Of a stretch of DNA of 64,000 nucleotides, positions 13,358-26,823 are shown piece by piece. Each line of letters begins with the position of its first letter. The first letter of the stretch is position 1. A model generated the notes under the pieces. It saw nothing but the letters and a program-made list of their open reading frames with translations. It was not told the origin of the DNA and did not search any database. Both the position numbers and the translations under genes were made by a program. The stretch is from Prorocentrum cordatum (taxonomy: Eukaryota). Location: the NCBI GenBank assembly GCA_963575745.1, contig CAUYUJ010000138.1, positions 1 through 64,000 on the forward strand, in the 5' to 3' direction.

Positions 13358-15093
13358 ACAATCATTTTAAGACTGTTCGATCTTATCTCCTTGCGTGCCA
13401 CTCAACACGTATATTCCAAGCCCTCGATACCCGCGTTCTGTTTCTTGGATCGTAGCCCCCTTAGGGGCATTCCTTTCTTACCTGCAAAGCGTATTTCGTG
13501 CAGCCCCTAAGGCAAGGGAAGAGAGGACGGATAGAAGGAAGGGGCAAGGGGAAGGAGGATGGAGCACGAGAGAGAGAGAGAGAGACAGTAGCAGGAGAGG
13601 GGGCTAAGAATACACATCACGTGGCATAGCCAGACGGGCAGATCGGGCGGGTAAACCCTAACGGGCTGGTCGGGAAGGCGGGCCCAGGCGGCCAGGTCGA
13701 GCAGGCGGGTTGCTGAAGTGTGCGTCCTGCATGAATCGCGAGCAAGTCTCTCGAGTGGTAACGCGATTCCCCAATAAATCGCGAGGACATCCACAGCAAG
13801 AGCGTGAGTCCTGAGTGTCGAGGGCGCGGCGTCTGCGTAAATTGCGTGGACGTCCAACGCGAAATCGAAATGCCAGCATAACTTGTGAGGAAGTCCCGCG
13901 CGAGAGCGCGATCTGGAATTATGTTGTGAGGGAATATCCGGCGGGGACGGGAGCCGTTGTTGTTGTTGTTGTTGTTGTTGTGAGTCGGGGCCCAGTGGCG
14001 CAATTTGGTGACACCTCATTTTCCCGTGCTAGAGAACCAAATGAAACCCCAGAGAAGCACTTTAATTCAACAGATACAATGCTTACCGGAGTGGGGAATC
14101 AACAATAATGATCCTTGGGAAATGAGAATTCAACGCAACAACAACAATAACAACAACACCAATCATTTTAAGAGTGTCCGCTCTTACTGGCACGCGTGTC
14201 TTGCATTCCGTATACCCCGACCCTCGATACCCGCCCACTTCGTCTTCGATTGCACTCCCTTTCGGTGTAAACCAACTTACATGTATTACGAAAAAGTCCC
14301 AAGCGAGAGCGCCGTTCCTGAGTTCGGGGGCCTTCTTGCCCAGGGGCTTCGGAATAAATCGTGGGGAAGTACCGATCAGAAGCCCTTGTCGTCGTGGCGG
14401 GGCCTCCGCCAGGGTCTGACTGCGAGCCCTTGACTGAATTGCGAGGAAGTCTCGAGCGAGAGCGCCATTCCTGAGTTCGGGGGCCTCTCTGGCCAGGGCG
14501 TCTCGGGGTAATTCGTGAGGAAGTATCGAGCGGGAGCCGTTGTCGTCGTAGCTGGACCTCCAAGGGCCCAAATGTAGGCTCAAGCCCACGCTTGAGCGGG
14601 AGCCTCGCTTGCGGAGAACATGTAGCCGGCATCGAAGCGAGAGCGCGCGGAACCGTCTCCGGATATCAACAGTAATGATTCTTTAGGAATGAGTATTCAA
14701 CCACAAGAACAACAGCAGTAGCAACAACAACAACAACAATCATTTTAAGAATGTTCCCCCTTATCTGCTCGAGTGTCCAATAACGCGTATTGCCCAAACC
14801 CTCGATACCCGCCCTCTTTTTTTTTTGTTTTAAAGGGGGCATCTACCGGCCAGCCCACATCTCCAGCAGCTACCCGCCCTCTTCGTCTTCGATCGAACCT
14901 CTTTTGGGTGGAAGACCTTCCTTCTCTGCAGGCAGGGCCCCGGCAAGCGGGGGGGCGGCCGCGGACCGTCGGCCTGGCCAGCGGCAGCGCTGATCGGCGG
15001 GGCGGCCGCGGACCGTCGACCCGACCCCAAGAGGGACGGACAGGGGACCGACGACGACGACGACGACGACGACGACGTCGACGACGACGGTGA

Positions 15094-15132
<39 letters not shown>

Positions 15133-15830
15133 GCGAAAGCGAGAGCGAGAGAGAACGACAGCAGGGCCACGAAGGACACAAAGTAGGCCACGAAGGGCGA
15201 CATCGGGGACACGAAGGGAATGCGTATGGGGCTACGAAGAGCGCGAACGAGCGGGGGCCACGCAGGGAAGATAATGCGGGGCCACAGAAGGCAACGATGG
15301 GGCCACTGAGGGTAGCAACTGGGCCACGTGGGACAGTGAGGGGGCCATAAACGGCGACAGCGGGGCCACGAAGGGCATGCACACGGGGCCACAACTGGTG
15401 CGAACGAGCGGGGGCCACGAAGGGCATGCGTATGTTGGGCCGCGGAGGGCAAGGACGGGGCCACTGAGGGCAGCAACGGGGCCACGAAGGGCAGCGAGCG
15501 GGCCACGAAGGGCGGCAGCGGGGCCACGAAAGGCATGCATATGGGGCCACCACAAGCGCGAACGAACGGGGGCCCAGCGAGAGCGCGATTCCTGAATACA
15601 ATGCGAGGAAGTCTCGGGCGGGAGCGGGGGTCCTGGCTAAATTGTCAAGAAATCTCAGGCGGGAGCCGTTGTTGTTGTAACCCGGGGGCCAGGGGCACAG
15701 TTTGAGCATCAAGACATTTCCTGACAAAAAACCGCGTGCGAGCGTCGAGGGGCACACTTTGATTGCGAAAAAACCGTATGCACCGGTGGGAGGGGATCAA
15801 CAATCATTATTCTTCAGAAATGAGAGGTCG
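13358..15830 (+). repeat. Tandem array of diverged ~600-800-bp units
   Basis: CAATCATTTTAAGA...CCCTCGATACCCGC recurs at ~13359, ~14160 and ~14737. ATCAACA.TAATGAT.CTT..GAAATGAG-like blocks recur at ~14098, ~14665 and ~15797. Confidence 0.75.
15164..15552 (+). repeat. GGGCCACGAAGGG minisatellite (~21-bp period)
   Basis: More than a dozen degenerate copies of GGGCCAC(G/T)(A/G)AGGG. Confidence 0.85.
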
Positions 15831-16223
15831 ACGACAACAACGCAATATTAATCCGCAACGCGAAACTAAGAAACTTCAGCCACTAACCCAGGGACAGAGA
15901 ATGACCGTTCGGCCCCCCTCACGCTGAACATGTTCGTACAACTTAGTCGTCGTGTTTTCCTCATCTCCCTTTCCTCATCCTTTCCTCCTGCTGCTGCTCT
16001 TCCTCACCCCTCTCCTCCATCTTACCCTCCTCTCCCTGCTCTTCCCCTCCCCCTTCCCCCTTGATGGCCTTCCTCCACCTGATCCTCTTCTCCATCCTGA
16101 TCTTTCCATCCTGCTCCCCCGCCCCATCTTCTCCCTTCTCCCCGTCCTTACCTTCCTCTCCCCCTCTTTTCCTAACTACTCCCCCTTCTCCTGGCCCTTC
16201 TCCCCCCTAACACACGCACACGC

Positions 16224-16326
<103 letters not shown>

Positions 16327-16683
16327 CACACACTCTACACTGTCCTGACCCTCATCCCCCCTCGCCCCCCTCCCCCTCTCTCCCGCCGCCGCCGACCAGC
16401 AACGACGACGGACGACGGCCATCGACGACGACCACCACCCCAAATGACGACCACGACGACCAAGACCAGCGCCGGCCGAGACGAGCGACGACGTCCACGA
16501 GGACGACCAACGACGACGGACGAGGAGGAGGACGAGGGGCAGGCGAAGGACGGAGAGGATACGAGGAGGACGGGGCGCGCCCGCGCGGCTGCCCCGTGCA
16601 AAAGGGGAGGGCGCGGAGGGGGACGCCGCCGACGCGCCGGGACGCCGCCGAGAGCGCGACGAGCGTCACCGTGCGGCGGGGCC

Positions 16684-16783
16684 CCTTCCACTCGGAGGGC
16701 GCCGCGGAGGTCTCGTAGGCGGCCAGGTGCGCGGCGCTGGTGCCCACCTGCCAGTCGGTCGGGGCCTCGCCCAGCTTGAGCAC
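16684..16783 (-). CDS. Candidate exon, possibly the distal end of the ABCD nucleotide-binding domain
   Basis: AG|G acceptor followed by VLKLGEAPTDWQ..., which resembles the VLxL...W strand after the ABC H-loop. The intervening H-loop exon was not located. Confidence 0.3.
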
Positions 16784-17329
16784 CTCCGGGGCCCGCGGCC
16801 GCGGCGCGCGCCGCCCCGCCCCTCCTCCCCCCCATGGCCCAGACAACTGGCTGCTCCAATGTTTCCGATGCCTGGGCCCCGGGGGTCCGGACCACCCCAC
16901 CAGGGCCGGTTTTTCGTCCCGAGCTGCTTTCTGACGGTCCCGGGACCCGGCGAGGGCCCCCTGGAGGTCGAACACAGCCAAACACCGCCCGCACCAGTTT
17001 TGCGGGGAGCGTCGGATCTCTGGGGGCCTGCGCGCGAGGGGGGCCCGTGGGGGGCCCCTGCCTGGCGCGGCCTGCCGCTCGCGGCGCGCGGGTGCGGCAG
17101 CGGCGGCCCGCGCGCCCCCCCCGAGGGCCGCGCACCGGAGGCCGCGCCCCGCGAGGCGCGCCGCAGCCTCGGCGACCGAGGGCCCGCTGGCTCTGCTGGA
17201 GCCTCGGCGGGGCCCCGTCGCCGCAGCTGGGGCCTCGGCGGGGTGGCCATCTGGAAGGCCCTCCCCGCCGTGGGGCCTCCACGGGGCCCTCCACGGGCCC
17301 GCAGGGGCCGCCAAGTCGGCCACACGCAG

Positions 17330-17470
17330 GAGTGACCCTGGGTAAGAGTGACCTTTGGTCCGCGGCTTTTTGGGGGCTGCGGGGGGACCAAGCACAGCGC
17401 GATTGGGGGGCCCCACTGGGCCCGCACCAAAGGTCACTCTGGCGAAAGGTCACTCTTACGTCTACTCGAC
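17330..17470 (+). repeat. Dispersed hairpin repeat, copy 1
   Basis: Internal inverted repeat GAGTGACCTTTGGT...ACCAAAGGTCACTC. Second copy at 49085-49260. Confidence 0.75.
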
Positions 17471-18556
17471 CAAGGCACGACTCGGGAAGAAGGGCGGGTC
17501 CTGGGGAGAAGGCCCAAGGCTCCAGGAGACGATCGCCCCCGAGAGCCTGGAGCGCAGGGACCCACACGGCAGGCCGGGCCCCCTGCCCCTTCACGGCGAC
17601 TTCATGGCCGGGCCCGCCCCCTCTGCTGCACCTCGCGGCAGCCTCCCGCACCGCCGTGCTGGCATCGCTGGCGCCCTGCACGCGAAGCGGCGCGAGGTGT
17701 GCGCGGAGCGAGGCTGCATCGGCGCTGCCCCGTCGAGCTGCGAGGGCACACGAGGCCCGCCGTGCTCTGCGGCAGGGCGCCTCTGGAAGAGCCCGGCGGC
17801 GGCCGCAGGGGCCAGCCAGAGAGGCCGCCCAGGGGAAGGGGGCTCTCGTTGCCACGTCTGGGCCCGCCTCGAAGATCATGGTCGGACCTCGCCCCAGGAG
17901 GAAGAGAGAGAGAGAAAGAGAGGGAAAGAAAAGAGGGAGAAAGAGAGAGAGAGAGAGAGAACAACGAGAGAGAGAGAGAGAGGGAGGGAAACGAATTATC
18001 TCCTCGACGCCTTGATTGACGGACGGGGGCCCAACCAATAGTGGGAACAAATGATACATCCGCGCTCCCGCGACACAGCAAGGACGACAACGACGAGATG
18101 GAAGAGGAGATTGTGAGCAACGCCTTCGGCGAAGAACGTGTCAGCCTATATTGCAATCCCCTTGCAAGCATGCTCAAAATTCCTATGTCGTGCAGGGTGG
18201 CCCAGGGAGCGCAGTGTTCCAGAAAGGTCTTTAGACCCCCCCCCAATAGGGGGTGACTAATTATTTGTCGGCGGCGGGAGGGCGTTAGGCAGCATCGTTG
18301 GTGCATCTGGGGTTCGCTCTACGGAGGCCCCGTGGTCCTCCTGAGCACTCCTCGTGAGGCCCGAAGGGCCTCGGGAGCTCAAAGACGGCGCGAAAAGCTG
18401 GGGGGGGAACTCGCGCGAGTGGCACCGTTTGCACGCCTCGCCCTTTGAGCATGACTTCTTGTAGCTGTGCTGGGCTGTACGCCCAGCAAGAGCTGCCACG
18501 TCTGCAGGGGAAGCTCCCTCCTCCTTTTCCTCGTCCTCTTCGTTTTCCTGGCGCTC

Positions 18557-18617
<61 letters not shown>

Positions 18618-19884
18618 TGCTCCTCCTCCTCCTCCTCCTCCTCATCCTCTTCCTCCTCCTGCCCCCTTTGTAGAGCAACATCGAGCCCAACCCAACGAAG
18701 CCACCGTCGACGACGTGCCATGGTAGATCGGACGTCATGCACTGCCCCGGAGCGACCACAACGCAACGCGACGTAGAGCAGACAACACCGCCACTGATCG
18801 TCACGGCAACGGCCGTCATGCCCACACGAGTGCGCGTGGGAGTGAGTCTTCGACGTCGGGGGCGCTCGGAAGGGCGAAGGCGGGCAACAAAAGGACGTCG
18901 GCCACCCCGCGCCCCCGAATTTGGCCGAGCCGACGCGCGTTCCCCAATCACACGCCGACCCCAGCATCCCGAATACGATGGAGGGGCCAGACGGCATTTT
19001 TCCCCCAGCGCCGATGCCAGCAGACCTCGCAGCGCCGCGGCTTGAGAGACCGCGCCCACCGCCAAGCCTCTCGAGGCTCAGAGGTCATCGCTCGGATGTC
19101 CATGTGCCATGCATTCTTCGATGTCGTGCGCGTGGAATTGTCACTCGATGATCCAGGGTGCTCCTCGATGGTCCTCGCCGAGAAAAAATGCAAACGTTCG
19201 AGCGATGCCAAGCTCGAGGCTCAGAGGTTCTTGACAGAGAGCAGCCACCGCGCTCGCCGCGCAGGTCCTCGCAGGGAGAGCAGCCACCAGCACTTCAAGT
19301 GTGGGGCCCTGAGACACGGGCCTAAGTACGAGGAGGCCTCGGACGAGTTCAACGAGGAAGACCTTTCCTATCTTCGAGTAGGGGATCGGCTACATAATTG
19401 AGTTACTCCATAATTGAGCTCGTCGGATACACGAAAAGTGTATCGAATGTTCCGTATATGTATATTGTTCCTAACTTCGACGAATCAATCAAATTTGGGG
19501 TAAATCAGTTTTACAGTACCCTACTCGATATCTGGAACACTGGAAGAACAACAACACTGCATGAACATAAACTTTTGGAGGTCCTCCCCGGCGCGCGGAG
19601 CGCGCCAAGGGCGGCGCCAATTGCGCCGCCAGGGGGATTCAACGCCGATCCGAGAAATCCGCGTGGACCTCCGAAATGTGTGCTTCTGCCGCTGTTATTA
19701 TCCCCGACTATCCTCTGGCTCCCGTCCCTTGGGGCCCCATCCTCGAACCCCGAAGCCAGGCTACCCGCAGCCCAGCCGCCCAGCCCGACATGATTAGCAA
19801 TAGAAGAACCCTATTCCATTGGGAGGTGACCCAAGTTAGGAGGGCCAGAGACATCAGGGATAGGGGCTCCTCTCTGCCGTTGTG

Positions 19885-19922
<38 letters not shown>

Positions 19923-20659
19923 CATACATATAGTTATATATATGTATATATATACAAAGAAAAAAGCCAAGCCGCCCAGAACGATGATCCCTGGTGCAAG
20001 CCTAAGCGAGGCCACGTCTTCATCGTGCTACTCGGGTTCGGGGTGCTCATCCTCTCGACGACGACAGGCCCTCGGAGAGCCGCGGCACGCGCGACGCCGT
20101 GCCCACCGCCCGAGGACGCGCAGGGCATCCGAAAGCTTCGACGCGAGCCCGCCCGACACCGGGCGCGCCGCCCGCCGCTGGCCGGCAGCCTCGGAGCCGC
20201 CGTGGGCCCGCCGGGAGGGAAGGGACATTTCGAGAGGATGGCCTGCCGCCAGGGAGCTCCGCTGGGCATGGCCTGCCTCCCTGGCCTCTGGCCCCCGGGG
20301 GGCTCCGGCAGGCGGGCGCCCCGGAGCAGGCCCCGTCACAGCCGCAGCACGAAGCGCCTCTGGTCGTCGGGCGAGACCATGACGTCTGCGAGGGCCAGGT
20401 GGTGAGCGTCGTTTCGCCGGGCCACATCCCCATGGGCGTGGCCTGGGCCCCACTGGCGGAGTTACCCCTCTGGATGGGGATATCGGTGGTTTCCTTCGGG
20501 TTTCGAGGGGTATATTCCCCGACGGGGGTGCTGAGATGGTCGGGGTCTGGATGGGGAAAGGGATAGGGGGTTGGTAAAAAAATGCTGAAAAAGAAATTCA
20601 AGTATCGGTTCTTGAGGTCCTTGTCGCTTCGCACATCTTCCGACCGTGCCTGCACGGCA

Positions 20660-22150
20660 GCGCCAACTAGGCGTGCGGTTTCCGAGGCCTCGGCTCTGAT
20701 GCCCTCGGCCTGGTCTGCTAGGTGAGCTGCCATCTCTTCGGAAAATACCCGGTCATTCCAGGATGTCATGGGTAGCGCGTGGCCAGGCTCTTCATGTGTC
20801 TTAGGAATGCCCACGTCTGCCACGACTTTGCGGAGCAGAGCGCGGCCAGCATTAGTACAAACATGCAGGGAGGCGTGCAGCACACCTCAGGCGATCGTTC
20901 CGAGGCCAACCGCCATATTATTTCTGAGCCTATCGTCTTGCCCTTCAACACACAATCCGTACACTTGATTGGGAAGTCCATCGCCGGGTCGCTCTCGCAA
21001 GGCTTCATGTGCAAAGCCTTGGCGAGACCGTCGCTTTCTAAACCAACACTGTCACCGTTGTCCCTCGTCCGCGCCACAAGATCCGGCCTACGCTTTTCCA
21101 CGTCCCGAGCCACCATCTGCAGCCGCGAGTCGGCTACATCAGGCTTCGCGTGGTGCATATGATGTTGACCCCTCCCCCATCCCGTTGGCCCCCAAAACAC
21201 AGCGTCGTGGTAGGATTCTCCCTCCTTCAGGCCCGTCATGCCGTGGCGATGCGGCACGCGCGCGAAGAAGGTAGCAAGCAACATCACCGACAGCACACGA
21301 TCACCATGTCACGTGCCCTGCAGTGTTCGCCGCAGCTCGCGATACTTCTCATGCTCATCGAAGATCCTGATACACTCTTCCAAAACTACCTTGTGCGTCA
21401 CATGGTTCAAATGAATCATGAAACGCTTCGCGATCCACATGCTCAACAACCGTTCCGTGACGCCCGTGAAACGGGCAATGTGACTTATCAAAGGTGAGAA
21501 CGGAGGACCAAGGGATACTTAATTCATCTTCTTGGTTAACTGTCGGCAGAAAGGAATGGGACGCGAAGAGATGAGGGTCGCCTTTTTGGTTCGGTCGCAT
21601 GTGGTGTATGCGGTGAGCCTTCAGGTAGCCGTCGTCGAAAAAGTACCTTAGAACGCATGAAAGGCAGAAGGTGGTGTTCTCCAGCGCGGAATGCTCGTCG
21701 CTGTGCTGCGAGATGGGTTCGTGGATGCAGTGGTGCAGAGCACAGAAGTTGTGGCAGCCGAGCGCCGCATTCAAGTAGCAAGCTGCGCCCACGTCCCAGC
21801 TTGCCACGCAATGCCATGCGAGGCACCGTCGCGTGGCTGATAAAGATGCCGGGGAGCTCAAGCGGAGGCGAGTACATCGTCGCCCTCGCCCGGGCCAGGG
21901 TGAAACATTGTGATGCCTTCCTGGCCTTGGCGAGCCCCGCCCGCTGCAGCAGAGCCTGCGGCCTTATCCCCGCCATGGTCTCGAGGCTTGGCGTATGTTG
22001 CTCCCATCGTACTTGAGGACCACATCCCAGAAACAATTTCGAGCACCCAGAAAAGTATCGAGACAGTGTCGAACGAATATCGCCTCCTAGGGCCCGGCAC
22101 GTGAAAGCCCTAGAGTTTCAATATCTTCTTGGTGCTCGACATTCTTTGCA
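20660..22150 (-). pseudogene. Decayed coding-like region, unknown Cys/His-rich product
   Basis: High-complexity sequence with protein-like ORF pieces in shifting frames (FCLSCVLRYFFDDGYLKAHRIHH; ESYHDAVFWGPTGWG; CTDCVLKG). No family recognised. Confidence 0.3.
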
Positions 22151-23439
22151 GCGACCAAGGCTAAAGTAGGTTGGAGAATCGGAACGCCATCCTCGCAACA
22201 GCAGGCAGGGCGAGAGCGTGGTAGGCGTCCACAGGCGCTTACGCCGAGGGAGATGGCCACGACCCCTGCGCGGGCGAGGGAAGGAGAGGGAGCGAGGATA
22301 GGGAAGAGGAGCAAGAGCGGGAAGGAGAGAACACTTCTTTTGTTTTGACCAGCGAATGGGAGCCCAGTGGCAGAGCGCACGGGGACGACACGAGACGACG
22401 ACGAAAGCGACGGACGACAGACGAACGACGGACGACAAACGAACGACGAACCACAGACAGGAGCGGGAAGAAGACAACGCGGAGTCGCCGGGGGCGAAGT
22501 CTTCCACCCTCTCCTTCGCGGGCCCACTCCTCCTCGTCGTCGTCCTCCTCCCCGCCCTCCGTCGTTCCAGCAGCTCCGTCCCCAAAACGGTCAGGCTCTG
22601 ATGTGCCCAGCGTGGCCGCTTGCTTCTTCTGCGCACGACATCGTGCACGAGTGGGCCGCGCTGCTTTACGCTGCTTGCGCGGTGATTTCTCATTGCGTAG
22701 ATCTGGACCTATCTGCATTGCTCTGCGCTGACTTGCCTGCGCGTGCCTAGCTGCGCTTCGCAGCTCGTTTCCAAGACAGAGCAGCGCAGCGCTCTGTGAT
22801 TGCATTGAACTGCGTTCCTTGAGCTGCACCGCTTTGCAGCGTCCTGCATTTTCACACTGGTGCGTTGCATGCATCGAATTTGGTCGAATACCACTTCGGC
22901 ATCATCTGCAATGAATGGCGCTGCCGCTGCACACGTCTGCATAGCGTCTACAATTCTCCATAAGCCTTTGCCGATGTGGTTCGTGCCAATTGTAGATTTG
23001 GTCAAACGTCCGCCACGCAGTCCCCCAAGCGAATGTTAGACAGCTCGAGCGCAGGATCGAGGCAGAGGAAAGGGAGGATGGAGGGGGAGGAGGGAGGAGG
23101 TCTCAAGGGGTCCCCTGATGCCAAGACCGCCTGTGTATACACATACATGAACCTTTATCAATCCATATAACCATAGATACAAACATGTGTGTACGTATGT
23201 ATAGATATATAGATATGCAAGACTGCAGTGGCGCTTCGCGCCATGCACCTTGGTCCTTGAAGTTTGGTATGCAGGCGGCCTGGCAGGAAGGTCAAGCCGA
23301 CAATTTAGCGATAATTCCTTGTTGCGTTTTTCCAGCATCGCCGCTAAAATGATGTTAGTCGTTATCCTTCCTCCATGCTTTTTTCCTCGTTCTCGCCATA
23401 CCCTGCGCATTTTCCCCATCCTCCTCAGCTCTTTTTGCG

Positions 23440-24130
23440 GAGGCTCCTCCTTGGAGAGCCTCTTGGAACCTCACAAAAGTTTCAGGCTTCCTTAAGGCCT
23501 TCTGGAGGCCTCCTGGGCGTGTTCTGGAGGGTCTGTGGGCTTCCTCGAGCCACCCTGCCTCCAATCGCGGTCTCCCTGAACGACCAAGTCACGATTTGGA
23601 ATGCTTCGGAGGGTGTCTTGGGGCCGTCTTGGGCCGCCATGGGCCTCTCTTAGGGCCATCTTTGACCCCTGTTGTGCCGTTTTGGGGCTCTCTTGGACTG
23701 CCTGGAAGCCCTTTCGGATGGTTGCGGGGCGATTTTGGAGCCCCCCAGGCGGCTTCGGACGCCCAGAAGACTGCCGCACTGGAGCGTCGGGAAGCCGAAA
23801 AGAGGAGAAACCCAAAATTCACCAAAAACCAATAGAAAATCAATGATGTTTGCCTCTTGGGGCCTTCTTGGGAGTGCTCGTGGAGGCTTTTTGATGCATG
23901 TTGGGCCGTCCTGGAGGCCTCTAGGGCCATCTTGAGGTCACGTCGGTCTCTCTTGGAGCGCTCTTGTGCTGTCTTGGGGGTCTCTCGGACTTCTCCGATG
24001 ACCCCCCTGATCGCCCTAGGTGTGCTGGGAAGGCTTGGCAAAACGCCCTGCGAGGCCCGGGGGTCCGCTTCGAGGCCCGTCCGGAGGGTCCCAACGCCTC
24101 AGATCCTGGGAATCCGGTTTTTTTTGGGGG
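23440..24130 (+). repeat. Dispersed low-complexity (CTTGGGGCC-type) repeat family
   Basis: Repeated TTGGGGCC/CTTGG motifs. An opposite-orientation relative lies at ~53640-54260 and a short one at ~4080-4200. Confidence 0.55.
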
Positions 24131-24192
24131 GGGTCCCCCCGCCTGGGCTTGTAGAAATATAGGAAGAGGAAGATGTGTACATATATACATAT

Positions 24193-24238
<46 letters not shown>

Positions 24239-24509
24239 GCAAACGGATCCTCGAGGATGAAGGGCAACTCTCAGGCAGGGTGGGGGGGGCGCAGGCTTCG
24301 TGGCCGGCTACCCAGCGCCTGAAGCCAGGAGTCTGAGCATCTTCTTCCTCCTCCCATTCTCCCTTCTGCCCTCCCCATCCACCTCCTGCTGCTCCTCCTC
24401 CTACTCCTCCTCCTCCTCCTCCTCCTCCCCCTCCTTCTCCCCCTTCTCCTCCTCCTCCTCCGCCTCCCCTTGCTCCCCCTCCGCATCTTGTTTTGTGGGC
24501 ATCCCCCTC

Positions 24510-24545
24510 GCGCAGCCACCTTGGCTCAGGCCATTTCGGCTCGAC
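24510..24545 (+). other. Tandem spliced-leader relics
   Basis: GCGCAGCCACCTTGGCTCAGG followed by CCATTTCGGCTCGAC, i.e. a degenerate full SL plus a 15-nt relic. Confidence 0.7.
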
Positions 24546-26619
24546 GTGGCTGGAGCGGCTTGCGCAACGGCACCCCCCTCCCTGAGGCTCCAGGGGGGCT
24601 CCAGGAGGCCCCAGAGAGCTCCAGGAACCCCGAGGACGCCAAGGGACTGCAATCGAATGCCATCGCCGACTCGGAATCGCAAGCAAATGTGAAGAGGAGG
24701 CGGAGCAGCAGCAGCATGCATGCATGAGCAGAAAAATGGCTCGAACTTGCGGAGTGCGCAGGCCTGGCCGGCCCGTCTGGCCCAAAATCTGAAACTGGCT
24801 TCAAGTCGCCAGAGGAAGCACAAGAAGAACAGTGAGGAAGGAGGAGGAGGGCGGAGGGGGAGGAGGAGGAGGAGGAGGAGGAGGAAATTGTCCAACTTTG
24901 GCCTACAGTGCTTGCACTCAGGGTTCCTTATTTGTGTCAAAGGAACTGGGCTTATTTGTCCGGTCCGCCGCCGTGTTGCCGCCGTCGCCACCTCGTCGCC
25001 GCCTCGCCGCCCATCGTCTGGGCTCGCTTATCGGGTGCGCCACCTTGATGCCGCCGTCGCCGCCTCGTCGTCGCCTCTCGTCTCTAAGCTTGTTTATCGG
25101 ACCGCCGCCTTGTCGCCGCCGTTGCCGCCCCGTCGCTGCCCAGTCGACGCCCGTCGTCTGAGCTAGTTTGTTGGGTCCACTGCCTTGTTGCCGCCGTCGC
25201 CGCCCCGTCGCCGCCTCGTCGCCGCCCACTGTCAGGGCTCGTTTGTCAGGTTCGCCGCTGGCCGCCGTCGCCGCCTTGTCGCCGCCACTTCGCCGCTCGT
25301 CGTCTGGGCTCGTTTGTCGTTTCCGCCGCCTTGTTGCCGCCGTCGCCGCCCCGTCGCCGCCTCTGCGCCGCAGGAATGACTGCACCAAACCTATTGCACC
25401 ACATAGGTTGCACCTAGGTTGCACAATCTGGATTATGCAATATAGATTGCACAACATTGGTTGCACCAAATCGACTGCCCAACATTGATTGCGCAACATG
25501 CGCCACGTGAACTATATGTACCTGACAGATTCTCCTTTCTCGAAAGGAGATAGGTTCTACCACCCTCCCACCCCCGGGATTAAAGACTCACCTTTCAGTA
25601 TTGCAATGTACATATGATACTCACCCAATGTCCATCCTACCTGCGAGTTCATGCTGCAGCCAAGCCCCTGCCAGAAGTAACGATGAATAAGGAACGAAGC
25701 ACATTTTAAAAATAATCGAACAAGAAATATGTAAGGAACGGCCGAACCCCTTTTTGGAAGCGTTCCCTCATCGTTGCCTCTCGTTTTGGCAGAGACCTCC
25801 CCCCTCTGCCGGCACCTAAAGAACGGGTGTCCGCGGCACGCAACAAGGAAAACCACAACAGCAAAAACGCCACTGGCGAGCGCCGCACAAGGAACGGCTG
25901 GGCTTTTGTTCGTATAAAAGATCTGGACGCGCGAGTGGGGAGAGAGAGAGCCCCGACGGCCCCCTGGCCAACTTTGGACCTGCATCGATCGCAAGCAACC
26001 GAGGGCTCGCGTGAGGAATTGGGCCTTGACGTGACCACTGCTCTGTCTGGGTATTCACGTGAGCCTCAAACCGCGTCGCGCAAGGAACGGCAGGGCCTTT
26101 GTTGCAAGCTGGGTGCACGGATAACGAGAGTCCCGAAGGCCCCCAGGCATCAGCCCCGCGACTCCAACGAAGGACCCATGGGAGCCCATCTGGAAGGAAA
26201 GAACTTCTGGGGCGGGCCCAGAAACCCAGGGGGTCCTGTTCCAGCGGAGGAAAGAAAAACGGGCGAGGGGTTCGAGCACGGGGGTTACCCCCGCCTCAAG
26301 TGCCGGACGAGGAATGAATCCTCAGCCGCGGGGGTGCCCGCGGCTGAGGAACCGAGGGGCTTGCGCGAGGAACCTGGCCCTAACGCGACCACTCTTATAT
26401 ATCGTTGTACACGCGGACCTCACAACGCGCGCCGCAAGGAACGGCCCAATCGAACCCGCGGCGCATTATCTTCGCAGTGGCGCAGGGAACCCAGCCCCTA
26501 TTCGGGGCCCCGTTCCTTAGATCATCCGCCCCGTCCGGCGAATCGATTGCGCGCGCGCCAGAACCCAAGGAACCACCGAGCCGCTTTCCGAACCCGAACT
26601 GGACCTTCTTTCAGGAGCC

Positions 26620-26729
26620 CCACTGTCTCCCAGCCAAACCGGCATCGCCCCCCCCGCGCCATCCTCTGCAACAAAAACTATGCGCGCACACTTGTTTATC
26701 AAAATCAGATGTTTTTGCAAGAGGCCCTT

Positions 26730-26823
<94 letters not shown>

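Noticed and set aside
15164..15552. CRISPR-like repeat-spacer array
   Set aside because: The repeats are short and degenerate, the spacers are only a few bases, no cas genes are present, and the context is eukaryotic.
16335..18059. 574-aa and overlapping ORFs
   Set aside because: This is a very GC-rich region open in most frames, with Arg/Pro/Gly-biased translations and no recognisable domain.
19340..19580. AT-richer patch as an organellar insertion
   Set aside because: No mitochondrial or plastid gene motif was recognised in any frame.
26732..26822. Poly(A) as a retroposon tail or poly-Lys CDS
   Set aside because: It occupies the position of a short A-rich run in sister repeat units (~27447, ~41761), so it is a local expansion or assembly artefact.
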